Below are positions 26,742 to 39,398 of a DNA stretch of 64,000 nt, one piece after another. Origin of the DNA: Octopus sinensis (taxonomy: Eukaryota); contig NC_042998.1 in the NCBI RefSeq assembly GCF_006345805.1, positions 43,214,001 through 43,278,000 of the forward strand. Direction: 5' to 3'. Position 1 is the stretch's first letter. Each line of letters opens with the position of its first letter. A program made the translations under genes and the position numbers. Below the pieces are notes generated by a model, which was given only the letters and a program-made list of their open reading frames with translations, was not told the origin of the DNA and searched no databases.

Positions 26742-28025
26742 TATATACATACATACATACATACGCATGCGAGAAAGAGATATTGTTAATCTATATAACA
26801 TATGGGAACAGCTGTGTCTAAATAATAAATAGGACTATTTTTACAGAGTGATGTAAATGAAAGTAGACACACAGACATATTTTAAGAACTGGTGACACAT
26901 TTACAGTCACAGATACACACTACCCACTAACACAGCAGTAAAAAATAAAATTTAATAAAATAACTAAAAGGAAAATTGGACTTGGTAAAAATTAGACGTA
27001 AATTAAATTTTGAGAAGAAAACAAAAGTTTAATAAAGAAAAATGTGGTGATGCTTATGCTTTGGAAAGATCGGTTTTACAACTAACATTTGTGGTACATT
27101 TTATTGCATTATGTCTCTCCTGCTGTTATTTTGTGCTATCATAACACCTTGTCACATTTACTAAATAAATTCTATTAACTGCACAACAATGTATCTGCTG
27201 TATTGTCTGTGCAACTCAGAAAGAATCGGCATATTTTCCCCACAGTTTCCCGATTTAAACTAAGGCTAACAATTGGCAGTTTTGTTAATTTTAATGTAAT
27301 TTCTGGTTTAAATTTAAGATAACATATGGATAAAGTATTAAGTGTAGGTGCTACATTTTAGTTTAAACTTCGTGTCCGATGATGGAAATAAGCCATAGAT
27401 TATATACAGTCATTAATTAAGAAGACACAAGATAAGTTCTATGAGATACTATGTTGAGAGATTTAAAATTTTAAAAATTACTGTTATCTCTGCAACGTTT
27501 TAGAAGACGAAATGTAGGTTAGGTAAGAATGTTTACTGTGCAATTTGTACAGTTAATATTTACTATGCAATTTGAACAGCTAATATTGGCAGTTTCTTGG
27601 TGCAAAAGAAACTTAACTGGGAAGTAGTGTTCGAAATCAATGATTTCATATAACATTGGGAGTCAAGGTTTTGGGATACAAACTCATTCATTGAAGGGAG
27701 AGGGAAGTTATGAATATTAGACATAAATGGAAGACATTTGTGGCAAGTGATTTTCTAAAATGTATCAGTTACTATTTAAAGAATATAACAGTGGCCCTTA
27801 ACAAATTGGTGTGTTGTAGAATTAATGATAATATCTATGGATAAAATATAAGACTTTGACGATTGTAGAATAATGCTTGTATGTGCGTGTGGGTGTGTTT
27901 ACTGCGATGAATTGTGAAGCAGTGATGTGTGACAAACCTGTGAATAATATTTTATTAGCTTAAGTGATTGATTGCTGTGTATTAACTACATAAAATAGTC
28001 TAATATTTGGGGATATAAACACTCA

Positions 28026-28058
28026 ACTAAGGAGTGTCTACTTTAGACACTCCTTAGT
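28026..28058. other. Perfect 15-bp hairpin with 3-nt loop
   Basis: ACTAAGGAGTGTCTA-CTT-TAGACACTCCTTAGT. Confidence 0.9.
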
Positions 28059-28069
28059 CAAGGAAATGG

Positions 28070-28364
28070 TAGCTACCAATATATATATATATAGATATAA
28101 ATGTATATGTATATGTATATATATACACACACATGGGTGTGTATGATTGTGTATAGAAAAATATATTACTCAAAGAAATTCCAACTTTGTCTCATTTTCA
28201 GGTTTTATTTACAACCTTATAATAATATAACAAAATATATATAGATATATATATATTATACATTATATAAATGTAGAAATATATATAAATATATACATGT
28301 ATATATAAATGTATATATATATATATATACATATATATGTATGTATGTATATATATATATAAAT

Positions 28365-28411
<47 letters not shown>

Positions 28412-28557
28412 ATGTAGATGTATATATATGTAGATGTATAAATATGTAGATGTATATATATGTAGATGTATATATATGTAGATGATATATATATATATAG
28501 ATGTATATATATATATATATAAATGTTTATATATATAAATATGCATATATATAAATG

Positions 28558-28599
<42 letters not shown>

Positions 28600-28605
28600 C
28601 ATATG
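28070..28605. repeat. (TA)n-rich tract
   Basis: Direct inspection. Confidence 0.9.
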
Positions 28606-28718
28606 CATATGCATACTACTAATATAGGATGAAATCTTTTTTAGAAAAAATTTCATCAAAAGTGGCAGCATATCAAAATACCTTTAAAGGTTAAAATTAT
28701 AAACAAGGGCTTCTTTTG

Positions 28719-28772
<54 letters not shown>

Positions 28773-28778
28773 TGATGA

Positions 28779-28814
<36 letters not shown>

Positions 28815-28928
28815 CAAAAGAAGCCCTTGTTTATAATTTTAACCTTTAAAGGTATTTTGATATGCTGCCACTTTTGATGAAATTTTTTTCTAAAGAAGAT
28901 TTCATCCTATATTAGTAGTATGCATATG
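28606..28928. repeat. Inverted repeat, about 117-bp arms around a (TA)n loop
   Basis: Arms 28606-28722 and 28811-28928 differ by about one substitution and one indel. Confidence 0.92.
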
Positions 28929-28960
<32 letters not shown>

Positions 28961-29294
28961 ATATGTTGTATAAAAATGTATGTATGTATATATTATATTG
29001 TATAAAAATGTATGTATGTATATATATATATATTGTATAAAAATGTATGTATATATATATATATATGTATATATTGAATGTGTATATATATATTATATGA
29101 ATGTGTATATAATATATATAAATATCTATATATGAATGTGTATATATATATATATATTATATATATATATATATATACATGAATATATATATGAGTATAA
29201 ATATATATATGCATTATATATATATTATATACATCATCATCATCATTGTTTAACATCTGCTTTCCATCCTTTCATTGGATGGAGGGTCTCGATG

Positions 29295-29389
29295 TTATTC
29301 AGGTCACTGCTTGCAATCAAACTCGGACTATTGGGGTTAGTAGCCTGCACGTTTATCCCCAAGTGTCCGAGTTTGGTTCCAAGCAGCAA

Positions 29390-29426
<37 letters not shown>

Positions 29427-29580
29427 TACAACATCGAAAAATACGTTTGGAATGAGAACTCAGGTTTGAAATTTCCCGAAGACACCTGATGAAGACTGGA
29501 GAATATATCAGCCAAAAGGTTGCGTTAGTAACAAATGAGATGAGGACAAATGTCTGTCAAATGTAAATACTGTAAATGTG
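29295..29580 (+). mobile_element. Second locus of the tRNA-head/hammerhead-tail element, again with an inverted head
   Basis: Inverted arms 29295-29337 and 29357-29398, then (AAT)n, AACATCGAAAAATAC, and a degenerate hammerhead GACAC-CTGATGA-AGACTG...CAGCC-AAAAG-GTT at 29481-29526. Confidence 0.8.
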
Positions 29581-29584
29581 TGTA

Positions 29585-30170
29585 TATATATACATTTATA
29601 TATATATTCTTATATATATATATATTTATATATATATATATATATGAGAATATATATATAAATGTATATATAAGAATACATATATATAAGAATATATATA
29701 TAAATGTATATATATAAAGATATATATATATATATATATGTATAAGAATATATATATATATATATGTATAAGAATATATATATATATATATGTATAAGAA
29801 TATAATATATATATGTATAAGAATATATATTATATATATAAGAATATATATATAAGAATATATATGTAATATAATATATATATATATAAGAATATATATG
29901 TAATATATATATATATATATATATAAGAATATATATGTAAATATATATATATATATATATGTATAAGAATATATATATATATATATATATAAAATATATA
30001 TGTAAATATATATATATATGTATAAGAATATATATGTAAATGTATATATAAGAATATATATGTAAATGTATATATAAGAATATATATATATATGAATGTA
30101 TATATATAAGAATGTACATTTATATATATTAAATATATGTATATAAGAATATATATATTTATATATAATT
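29585..30170. repeat. Cryptic (TA)n satellite with recurrent TATAAGAA units
   Basis: Direct inspection. Confidence 0.9.
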
Positions 30171-30259
30171 TAAAATTTAATAAGGGTAGAAATTGATATT
30201 AATTAATTAAAACCAGTGGCCCAACATATTAAAAAATCCGAAGATTAAAATATTTTTAC

Positions 30260-30480
30260 ATACAAAATTTAAAGGACTGACCACTAAAAGTGGACCGTCA
30301 ACATGCTAGATATAGACGTCAAATCGCTATTTTCCACAAAGAATATGTTCTCAAATAAAAACTTAGCACAAAACCAAAGCATTATTTGAGAACATATTCT
30401 TTGTGGAAAATAGCGATTTGACGTCTGTATCTAGCATGTTGGCGGTCCAATTTTAGTGGTCAGTCCTTTAAATTTTGTAT
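30260..30480. repeat. Inverted repeat, 99-bp arms, 23-bp loop
   Basis: 30260-30358 versus 30382-30480, about 3 substitutions. Confidence 0.92.
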
Positions 30481-30546
30481 ATTTATATATATATATAAAT
30501 GTATACATATACAATAATATATATATATAAATGTATATATATACAA

Positions 30547-30580
<34 letters not shown>

Positions 30581-31616
30581 ATATATATATCTATATATAT
30601 ATATCTTATTGTATATGTAATAATATATATATATATATATATATCTATCTATATATATATATCTTATTGTATATGTAATATATATAATATATATATATAT
30701 ATAATATATATATATCTTATTGTATATGTAATATATATATATATATTACATATACAATAATATATATGTATATAAATGTATATATATATACAAGAATATA
30801 TATATATATATATTACATATACAATAATATATATATGTATATAAATGTATATATATATACAAGAATATATATATACATATATATTTATATATATACATGA
30901 ATATATATATGTATACATACACATATACACACGCTCACATGCGCACATATATGTTTTTGCCTATGTGCATGTATGCGTGCCTGTTTGCACGTGCATATAT
31001 ATATATATGTAACTATGTTTGTCTCTGCAAATCAAATATTAGAAACCAAAGAGTTTAAGTAGACTCAGTTCAGCTACTATGATTTCGTGTGGCTTCAAAG
31101 CAGGTGAACAACTGATTCGATGATGCTTTACACAGTATTAGCACCCTTTTTTGAAAAAAAAAAAAAACGAGAGGAACGAAAAAAACTCCTATGTTTTCCA
31201 ACTAATCATCTCCTGGCTTACTATTGTTTTCGTCAACACAATATTGTGCACGACACTGGCAAGTGTAATTTAATCTATGTTGACATTTGTGAATCAAGGG
31301 AGGTAATTCTGCCCAACCTTTTCAGCATAGGAGTGGTTCTTAACTCTACACGTTAACAATACAAAGCTGGAAACTTTGGAATTTCTAAATTTACAATGAT
31401 AATTTTTGGAACTGGCACGAACACCAAAACAAGTCCCTCTCTTTTTAAAAATAAAATATTAAGTCTTTAATATATCTTAGAGCAAGAGTGCCCGACCACC
31501 TAGTCGTCGATCATTTGGTACCGGCCCACGCAGAAAGAAGACATAACTTAATTTTTTTTAGTTAATATCGCAGTCTACAAAGGTTTTTTGCATTACATAT
31601 GTATTATATATGTATT

Positions 31617-32467
31617 GGCACTTCGTCGGTTTCGACGACGAGGTTTCCATTTAACCCGACCAGCGGAACTGCTTGCTCTTGAAATTAATGGGCAAGTAGC
31701 TGAGCACCCCAAAGACATGCGTACTCTTAATGTACCGTAAATCCTCGAGTATAATCTGCATTCCCCCCCCCCAAAAAAAAATTTAAAGGCCAAAATCCCT
31801 AGTGCGTACTATATACGAGGTTAAAAATGAAAATTATTTTCTAAGCAATGTCCGAGTCTCTATTTGCTGTCCGGCAATGTTTATTCAGACGCATTTTGTG
31901 ATGTCGGGCGCGAAAATACTTTAAGGTAAGCTTGAAAGCAATGAAGTCATAAAAGAATCATCCATAACTTGCAGTAAGCTGCATTTATTGAACGTTATTA
32001 CTGTTATTTCTTTATTTTCTGCAAGCAAAATGCATCAAAAAGCTACACGTTTGCATTATGTTATATATATACAATAATAATAATAAAGGACGTTACCGTA
32101 TACATTTTTACAAACCAAAGGCGTTACATAGACCTCCTTGACTCAAGTTAGAGAAGGGGTGCGTATTATACACAAGGTTTAGGCTTTTCAGAGGTACAGC
32201 CCCCTAAAAATCCCCTGCGTATTATACTGAAGAGTGGACTATACGCGAGAATTTACGGTAGTTCTCAGGGAGATTTCGGCATGACTCAGAATGTGACAAG
32301 GCTGGCCCTTTGAAATACAGGTACTACTTATTTTTGCCAGCTGAGTGGACTAGAGCAATGGGAAATAAAGCGTCTTGCTCAAGAACACAATGCACCGCCG
32401 GTAAACGAACTCACAACCTTACGATCATGAGACGAATACTCATAACCACTAAGCCACTGGCCTCTAC
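31617..32467 (-). mobile_element. Family B SINE with tail 3, split by a nested MITE
   Basis: Reverse tail 3 at 31617-31732 and body/head at 32261-32467 rejoin as CTTAATG-TA-GTTCTCAGGG. Confidence 0.85.
31733..32260. mobile_element. Tc1/mariner-superfamily MITE (Tc2/pogo-like ends) with TA duplication
   Basis: TACCGTAAATCCTCGAGTATAATC / GACTATACGCGAGAATTTACGGTA; subterminal GCGTA(C/T)TATA repeats; inserted at a TA of the host SINE. Confidence 0.88.
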
Positions 32468-32796
32468 GTATATGTATTATATATGTAATAATTAGATATT
32501 ACACACTTTATTTTGTTTTGTCATGTGTGTGATACCCTGGTCCTTGGAAAAAGATTGTCTTGTATGAAAACCGTCCGTGGTGCAGAAAAGGATGGTGGCC
32601 TCTGCCCTAGAGAATAATAATGCATTTGAAAACAGCATAAAATTTCTCCTTTTAAATTTGTTAAGAAACAGTAAAGGGTGACATGATTGTGGAAACGGAG
32701 ACATGTTGGTGGAAAGAACCTGAGAAATATAGTTAGTCTTGTCCTGCATTTGGGTTCAAATTTCAACCACTTTTTTTCCAAGTTACTGTATCATGA

Positions 32797-33092
32797 GTGG
32801 AGGCACATGGTGTAGTGGTTAGAGCAGCGGACTCGCGGTCGAGGGATCGCGGGTTCGAATCTCAGACCGGGCGATGTGTGTGTTTATGAGCTAAACACCT
32901 AAGCTCCCCGCGGCTCCGGCAGAAGGTAATGGCAAACTTCTGCTGACTCTTTCGCCACAACTTTCTCTCACTCTTTCCTCCTGTATCTTGCAGCTCACCT
33001 GCGACGGACCGGTTTCCCGTCCAGGTGGGGAACCTATACGCCAAGGAAACCGGCCCTTATGAGCCAGGCATGGCTCGAAAAGGAACAAACAT
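32797..33092 (+). mobile_element. Family A SINE with tail 5 and 10-bp TSD
   Basis: TGTATCATGA at 32787-32796 and 33093-33102. Confidence 0.9.
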
Positions 33093-33824
33093 TGTATCAT
33101 GAAAATAAGAATCACTTGTTACTGTTGTTGTTTAACCACCAGACAACCACGATCGAGCTTATCTCTGGTCGAAGATAGTTTAGCGGTTACGTTACCGTCG
33201 TTTTAAGGTATTCCTTAGCGTGTACTTCGCTTTTTAAAGACTACAGTGTGTGCAATTTGATGGAGGTTTTGCTACTATTTCTCGAAAGTTCAGTGACCAC
33301 GCAGAAGTTCCAACTTTGATGTTGCTATCATCTACTCAACCAACACTAGAAATATTAGTCTTGTAATTAAACAAACAGTCGTCAAAAAATAAAAATAAAA
33401 ATAATAAATAAATACAAATAGACATCCCTCCTCCGCTGCCAAAATCAATATACTATTACTTAGCTATTGAATTGATTATGTTTGTACACGTAAACAAGCA
33501 AATCCTTTTATTTGCCTAGCAGATACTAAAAATGTTTTGTAGTTTGGAAAAGCGATGTACATGTGGACCGGCTGAATGGATTATTTGTAAGTTAAATCTA
33601 ATATATTGGTTCTTTATGTTTCACTGTAGAAACGTTAATTCCTACCTCCACGTTAAGAAATTACATTAGAACATTATTAAGCTTGAAATCTACCTGCACT
33701 GAACAACGAGAAAGCAATATGCATTAGTTAGGTAAACTTTACGACACACACACACACACACCGATATCTATGATGCTTTACAATTCAGAGAAGTTATAAA
33801 CCAATCTGGCTATAACCAACTCTA

Positions 33825-34052
33825 TACCTATTTCTATTTCTTTACTACCCACAAGGGGCTAAACACAGAGAAGACAAACAAGGACAGAAAAACGGATCGA
33901 CCCCAGTGCGTAATTGGTACTTATTTAATCGACCCCGAAAGGATGAAAGGCGAAGTCAACCTCGGTGGAATTTGTACTCAGGACGTAGCGGCAGACGAAA
34001 TACCGCAAAACTTTTCGTCCAGCGTGCTAACGTTTCTGCAAGCTCGCCGCCT
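33825..34052 (-). mobile_element. Family M SINE
   Basis: Full reverse copy; flanks TAACCAACTCT and TAACCAGCTCT as probable TSD. Confidence 0.88.
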
Positions 34053-34729
34053 TTAACCAGCTCTCCACCATCAGCATTATAATTATATTACATATTTGTA
34101 CATACCCCGCGCTCCCTTCTGCAGAATATTTAGAGCTATTTATGAGCTATTTATCTAGTCGTGATCATAGGGTTATCATTGTCAAGTGATTTCTTTGAAA
34201 GATATCACCGGAGATTTCTCTGCAACCATTTATCAATTCACACACAAACATTCGCAACACAGAGACTAGTGTAGTTTGTTAAACATGTTGCTCAGTGTAC
34301 AGGAATAAATTCTTTCTGTACACAATGGATTTACTTATTATCAAAGAAACTGAAACAGATAAATTCTTCATTCAGTGAAACTGCAACAAAGAAATTCTAG
34401 TCCTTTAATCTTTCCTACCTCTAAAACTATAACCCTACCAAACAATGACTTCTATAAAATAGCCCCGGTAGCGGCGATGGTGGTTGATTATCTCCTGCTG
34501 GCGATATAAACAAGAGTGCTTATGCGCACTAGAAATTCATATAAGAAGTTCTCTCATGGTAACTATCGCAGTATTCTGTGTTCTAAAACATCCTCTTTTA
34601 AGTGGGGATAAATTTTACCTTTTGGTAGTAATGCCGCTTGTGTCGCTATCAGTTATTTTTTGAAATACGTTTTGTTAAAGAATAATATAGCATAAAGTGC
34701 AATATAATCAAACTATAAAAAAATTAAAT

Positions 34730-34970
34730 GCCTCCTTTTTAAAGCCTAACCTGGCTCATGGGCCCGGTTTCTATGGCGTATGTGTTCCCCAGCTAGACGG
34801 GACGCCAGTCCATCGCAGCGTTACTCATTTTTGCCAGCTGAGTGGACTGGAGCAAGGTGAAATGAGTGTTTTGCTCAAGAACACAACGCGTCACTCGGTC
34901 CAGGAATCGAAACCACAATCTTACGATCATGATGCTGACACCCTAACCACTAAGCCACGTGCCTCCACAT
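34730..34970 (-). mobile_element. Family B SINE with tail 2
   Basis: Reverse head GTGGAGGCACGTGGCTTAGTGG, body CTTGAGCAAAACAC, tail 2 GAAACCGGGCCCATGAGCC. Confidence 0.85.
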
Positions 34971-35388
34971 AATCAAACTATACTGCAGAATAAAATTTAT
35001 ATCAAGAATAGTTGATAATAGTGTATAACAACTTGTCACTGTTGTTCGAAATGATACAGAAGCTACTGATAATAAGGAAAAGAAGAGGTAATGTGCACTG
35101 TAACACTATGTGCATATATGTGAACTTAAGAGTAGGTACAAGAACTGTAAAAAGGAAATTGGTTTTAAATTATGTTGAATTGTCAGCACGAAACCCTTAA
35201 TAATGAGAAACGAAAGATGAAACAGAAAGGTGTTACATCATCTTTGTTTATTGTAAGCAGTGTAAGGTTAAAGTCAAACAAGCATATTAGAACCTTATTT
35301 AGCATATGGCGAGTGATGCTATTTCAATTACAGCTATGAACGTTACAAAAATTTATTTCGTTTTCTACAAATTACACCACAGTTTACC

Positions 35389-35426
<38 letters not shown>

Positions 35427-35859
35427 CTCTCTATCTCTCTCTCTCAAATGGGTCACCGATGTAAATCGGTTTCACATAGGTTTACACTGATGTAAATCGG
35501 CTTCACTAGTGTGAAATCTTGAATTTATTTAATTAGATAGTTAATTACTAAAATGTAAATAAACGTCTAAGTTCTTACCTTGCATATGAATATCGACCGC
35601 TCGAAGGACTCTGCACGTAAATCTATATACCCACATTTAACCACCCGCATTCTCTCTCTCTGATTTACGAGAATTGGGATATTTCACAGTATCCGGTCAG
35701 TTGAATGGACTCTTATCCTATCAAGATCGATGAAACCGCATTTTATCCACAACAACACTAAAGCCCTTGCCCAAATAAATGACCTCTGTTGCCACTTTTG
35801 ACCCAAGAAGACAATTTGAATTGTAACAAAATGTTTCATATTCATCACAAATTAAGGAG

Positions 35860-36240
35860 AGTTATGGATATTTCTTTCTTTCACACCCAGATAAGAAGGA
35901 AATACAGGGTCGACGTTCTGTGAAGAAAATATTAAGTGTAGTGATTAGTGCGAGGCCTGAGAGTAGGGGTAGGTGTAACATGTGTGATGAGAAGAGGATA
36001 TGAGTGGGCCATCAATGCCTTAGTGTAAGTGGTTTGGGTCCCGCTGTCTTCGGGAAGAAGAAACTTATAGTAGCAATAGAAAATAATCAGGGAGGTATCA
36101 GCACAGCTGTGGGCGTGAAGCCGATGTGTGCCTGAGTGATTTAATGCTTGTTAGTCAGGTAGCTGTTTATTGAACGTTGACCTAGGATGTATGGATATTC
36201 TATAGCAGCACCGTCCCAGATGTGAGAGCAACACTTCATC
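35860..36240 (-). mobile_element. L2/Crack-type LINE 3' fragment
   Basis: Minus-strand MKCCSHIWDGAA and PRTNHY...FLHRTS resemble the CR1/L2-clade C-terminus. Confidence 0.65.
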
Positions 36241-36242
36241 GT

Positions 36243-36291
<49 letters not shown>

Positions 36292-36426
36292 GTCAATAAT
36301 AATAAGGGTAAAATTAATTAATTAATTAGTAATTAATAATTTTACCAAGCAGTGTTCAGTATGTAAAAGGACCATTTACGGTAAATTTAAACATTACTTT
36401 ATATAATTAGGGTTCAGCAAAAAAAT

Positions 36427-36489
<63 letters not shown>

Positions 36490-36544
36490 TCTTTTAGTGT
36501 CAGTCCAAGTACTGCGGCCATGCTGGGCACCGCCATTTACTTTA

Positions 36545-38415
36545 CTACTCACTCACTTAACTGCCTCTGATATGTGACATTTGGTGGATTTTCCAATATA
36601 TGTTATTGCATATCTTTCCTGCCTTCGTTCCAGTGAGGAGAGTCTTAACTCTTTCAGTCTCTTCCAGTAGCTGATATGTCGCACTGTATAGATCTTCTTT
36701 GTGTAGCTTCGCTGGGAGCAGTAGTCCAGACGGCTGAGAACGAAAGTCCTCCAGAGGCCATCATGGTTTCCTTTTCTCTTGTTTTGAAAGTTCGAAGGAT
36801 CCACCCGGCCAGATGTCTACATTTTATTGCCAACTTAGTAACGTGCACTTGGAAAGATGCATCATTACTCATGCCGATGCCCAGGTCACGCACTGATTTT
36901 GATTCGGGGATTGGAATCCTTCCTGAGCCAGTTTATCCTATCTGCTTTTCATTGAGTTTCCTGTGTCGGTAGCGCAGGGCTTTGAATTTTCCAGCATTAA
37001 ACTGCATGTTATTTTCCCCAGCTCACCTGTATATTGCGTCCAACTCACGTTGTAGATGCACAACGCCTCCAGGGTTCTGTCAGTCAGCAAGTCATTCTCT
37101 TCAAGGAATGCCATTAATTTCCTTCGGACTATTCGTCCATGACTTTGCTGACGTGTGAGGTTAGAGAGATAGCCCTATAGTTTTTAGCATCTGCTCTGCT
37201 TCCTCATTTATGGATAGGCTATTCCCGCCTTTAGTTTGGCCGGGCGCTTACCATTTGCAAGAAAGATTTGGAAAAGTAGTTGCAAAGATTTTGCAAGGAC
37301 TCATATGCACGACTTGAGGAGGATTGCTTGGAATCCATCTGGACGAGCAGCTGAGTTTGCATCTATACCATCTATTGCTAGCATTACATCCTTTTCTTTG
37401 ATGTTGATGTAATCAATTGTTACTGCTTCCCGTTCAGATTCTGTAGCAGTAAAGAGTTCTAAAGGTTTGATAACTTGCATGTGCCATAAGAAGACACTTT
37501 GGAACCGTTCATTCAATGTTTCTGTTATCCTCATTGGGTTTCCCGTGAGGGAGCCAACTTTTTGAAGGAGTGGCCTTACCCTGCAATGCACAGAGACAGT
37601 CCCATTAGAGTACTTAAGGAAGGCTTTACGGTCTGATTTTATATTTCTTATAATCTAGGCTTCTCTGTGTCTTTCTTTCTCATGGGACTGCTTCAGTTGT
37701 TTCTCAATCTCCAGTGGTGTTGTTTCCAGGCGGGGTTTTTCACAGTCGTTGAGTTCTCTGTTGAGGCGCTTTGCAATCTTTGTACGCCGTCTCATAAGAA
37801 CTTTCCTCTCCTTGGGAATCTTGTTTTTTTTTTTTTTGGTGCATAGTCTTTTCTCCCTGGGAAAAAAATTGTAGCACGGACATGAAAGTTTTCAATTTCA
37901 TGTCTCTGTCGGATATAGAGAGAGACATTGGAACCAGTCTCTTTGGTGATCTCCTCAATTGATTTCCAGTCTGCTTTGTGGTACTTCAGACTGGATAGGT
38001 TTTGGGTGCTTCTCATAGGCTGCATGTCTGTGGGTTCCTTTGGTCAGCTCTATTATGTTGTGATCCGAGATTAGCGTCGGTGTCACTTTCACATTATGGA
38101 TGAGATCCACATTGTTTGCGAAGCATAGATCAAGTATATTGTTTGTCCTGGTTAGTTGGAGTATTATTTGCTCCATATATAAATTGTTGGTGAGGTTGAG
38201 TAGGGATTCTACCTGAATTTGCTCATATCGCGTCATTCCTGAGGGAAAAAGGCCCTCGGGCCATTTCACATTGGGCAGGTTGAAATCTGGCATGAGAAGT
38301 ACACTAATGTACTCTTCTGTTTTGGTTAAGAACTTTTCTATTCTTGTGAAACTATTTTTTTGTTCTCTGAAAACGCAACGTTTTGGACTTACAACACTTT
38401 TGCATAATAGCAACG
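36545..38415 (-). mobile_element. CR1-clade LINE, internally deleted (APE endonuclease and RT flanks)
   Basis: DFNLPNVKW, NILDLCF, ISDHNIIEL (APE); SAARPDGFQAILLKSC (RT start); RDLGI...GWILRTF, SRLDYCSQ, RLSSLERRQER (RT end); RT core missing. Confidence 0.9.
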
Positions 38416-38597
38416 ATATATAATAATTATTTCGTGGATATGAATACCTCTTAGAGGGATGTCAGCATCCAGGTTCCCCGGTTTTATTCAGTGTATCAGT
38501 GAAATATCAAAAGATGTTAGTTTCACATTGATGGATATGGTTATATTACCATTTATGTATAAGAAAAAGAAAATGGAGAAATTGATATGCAGACATC

Positions 38598-38997
38598 AAT
38601 TTATTGAAACAAATCCAATTTCGAACAATATCAAACTCCTAGATTCTAAGATCGTTTCAATACCCAATTAACTCAAATTAGAAAAATTAAATTAGAGATT
38701 CATAATGAATTTAGTTAATTGAACATTTCGTCAGGGTCAGAACTTGATAGTAAAAAGAAATATATGCCAATGTGTTGATATATCATTGGTAAACTCAGCA
38801 TTAAATTCATATATGTGCTTTCAGGAATTTCTAATGTTGTTCCTTTTTCAAGTTCTGATCCTGATGAAATGTTCAATTAACTATATTCCTTATGAATCAC
38901 TAAATTAATTTTTCTAATTTGAATTAGTTGGGCACGGAAACGACCGTAGGATCTATAAGTTTGATATTGTTCGAAATTGGAGTTGTTTCGATAAATT
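38598..38997. repeat. Inverted repeat (about 150-bp arms), each arm carrying a long-stem-II hammerhead motif
   Basis: Arms 38598-38746 and 38849-38997; plus arm CTGATGA at 38861 and GAAACGACCGTA at 38937; minus arm CTGACGA...GAAACGATCTTA. Confidence 0.8.
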
Positions 38998-39066
38998 AAT
39001 AGGGCTTCATCTCGTTACTCCAAATGTGTTTAGGAGAAAATTGTTTATATACCTAACGTATGTGAA

Positions 39067-39398
39067 GGCGCATGGCTCGGTGGTTAGAGCGTCGAGCTTA
39101 CGATCGTGAGGTTGTGAGTTCGATTCCCCCTCCGGACTGCGTGTTGTGTTCTTGAGCAAGACACTTTATTTCACGTTGCTCCAGTTAACTCAGCTGTAGA
39201 AATGAGTTGCGACATGACTGGTGCCAAGATGTATCGGCCTTTGCCTTTCCCTTGGATAACATCAGTGGTGTGGAGAGGGGAGGCTGGTATGCATGGGCGA
39301 CTGCTGGCCTTCCACAAAACAACCTTGCCCAGACTTGTACCTCGGAGGGTAACTTTCTAGGTGCAATCCCACGGTCATTCATGACTGAAGGGGGTCTA
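39067..39398 (+). mobile_element. Family B SINE with tail 4
   Basis: GGCGCATGGCTCGGTGG head, GAGTTCGATTCC B box, CTTGAGCAAGACACTTTATTTCACG body, GACTGAAGGGGGTCT tail. Confidence 0.88.

Noticed and set aside
35579-35612. Minus-strand donor CAAG/GTAAGA with a possible micro-exon
   Set aside because: Weak acceptor and no supporting frame; not distinguishable from chance.
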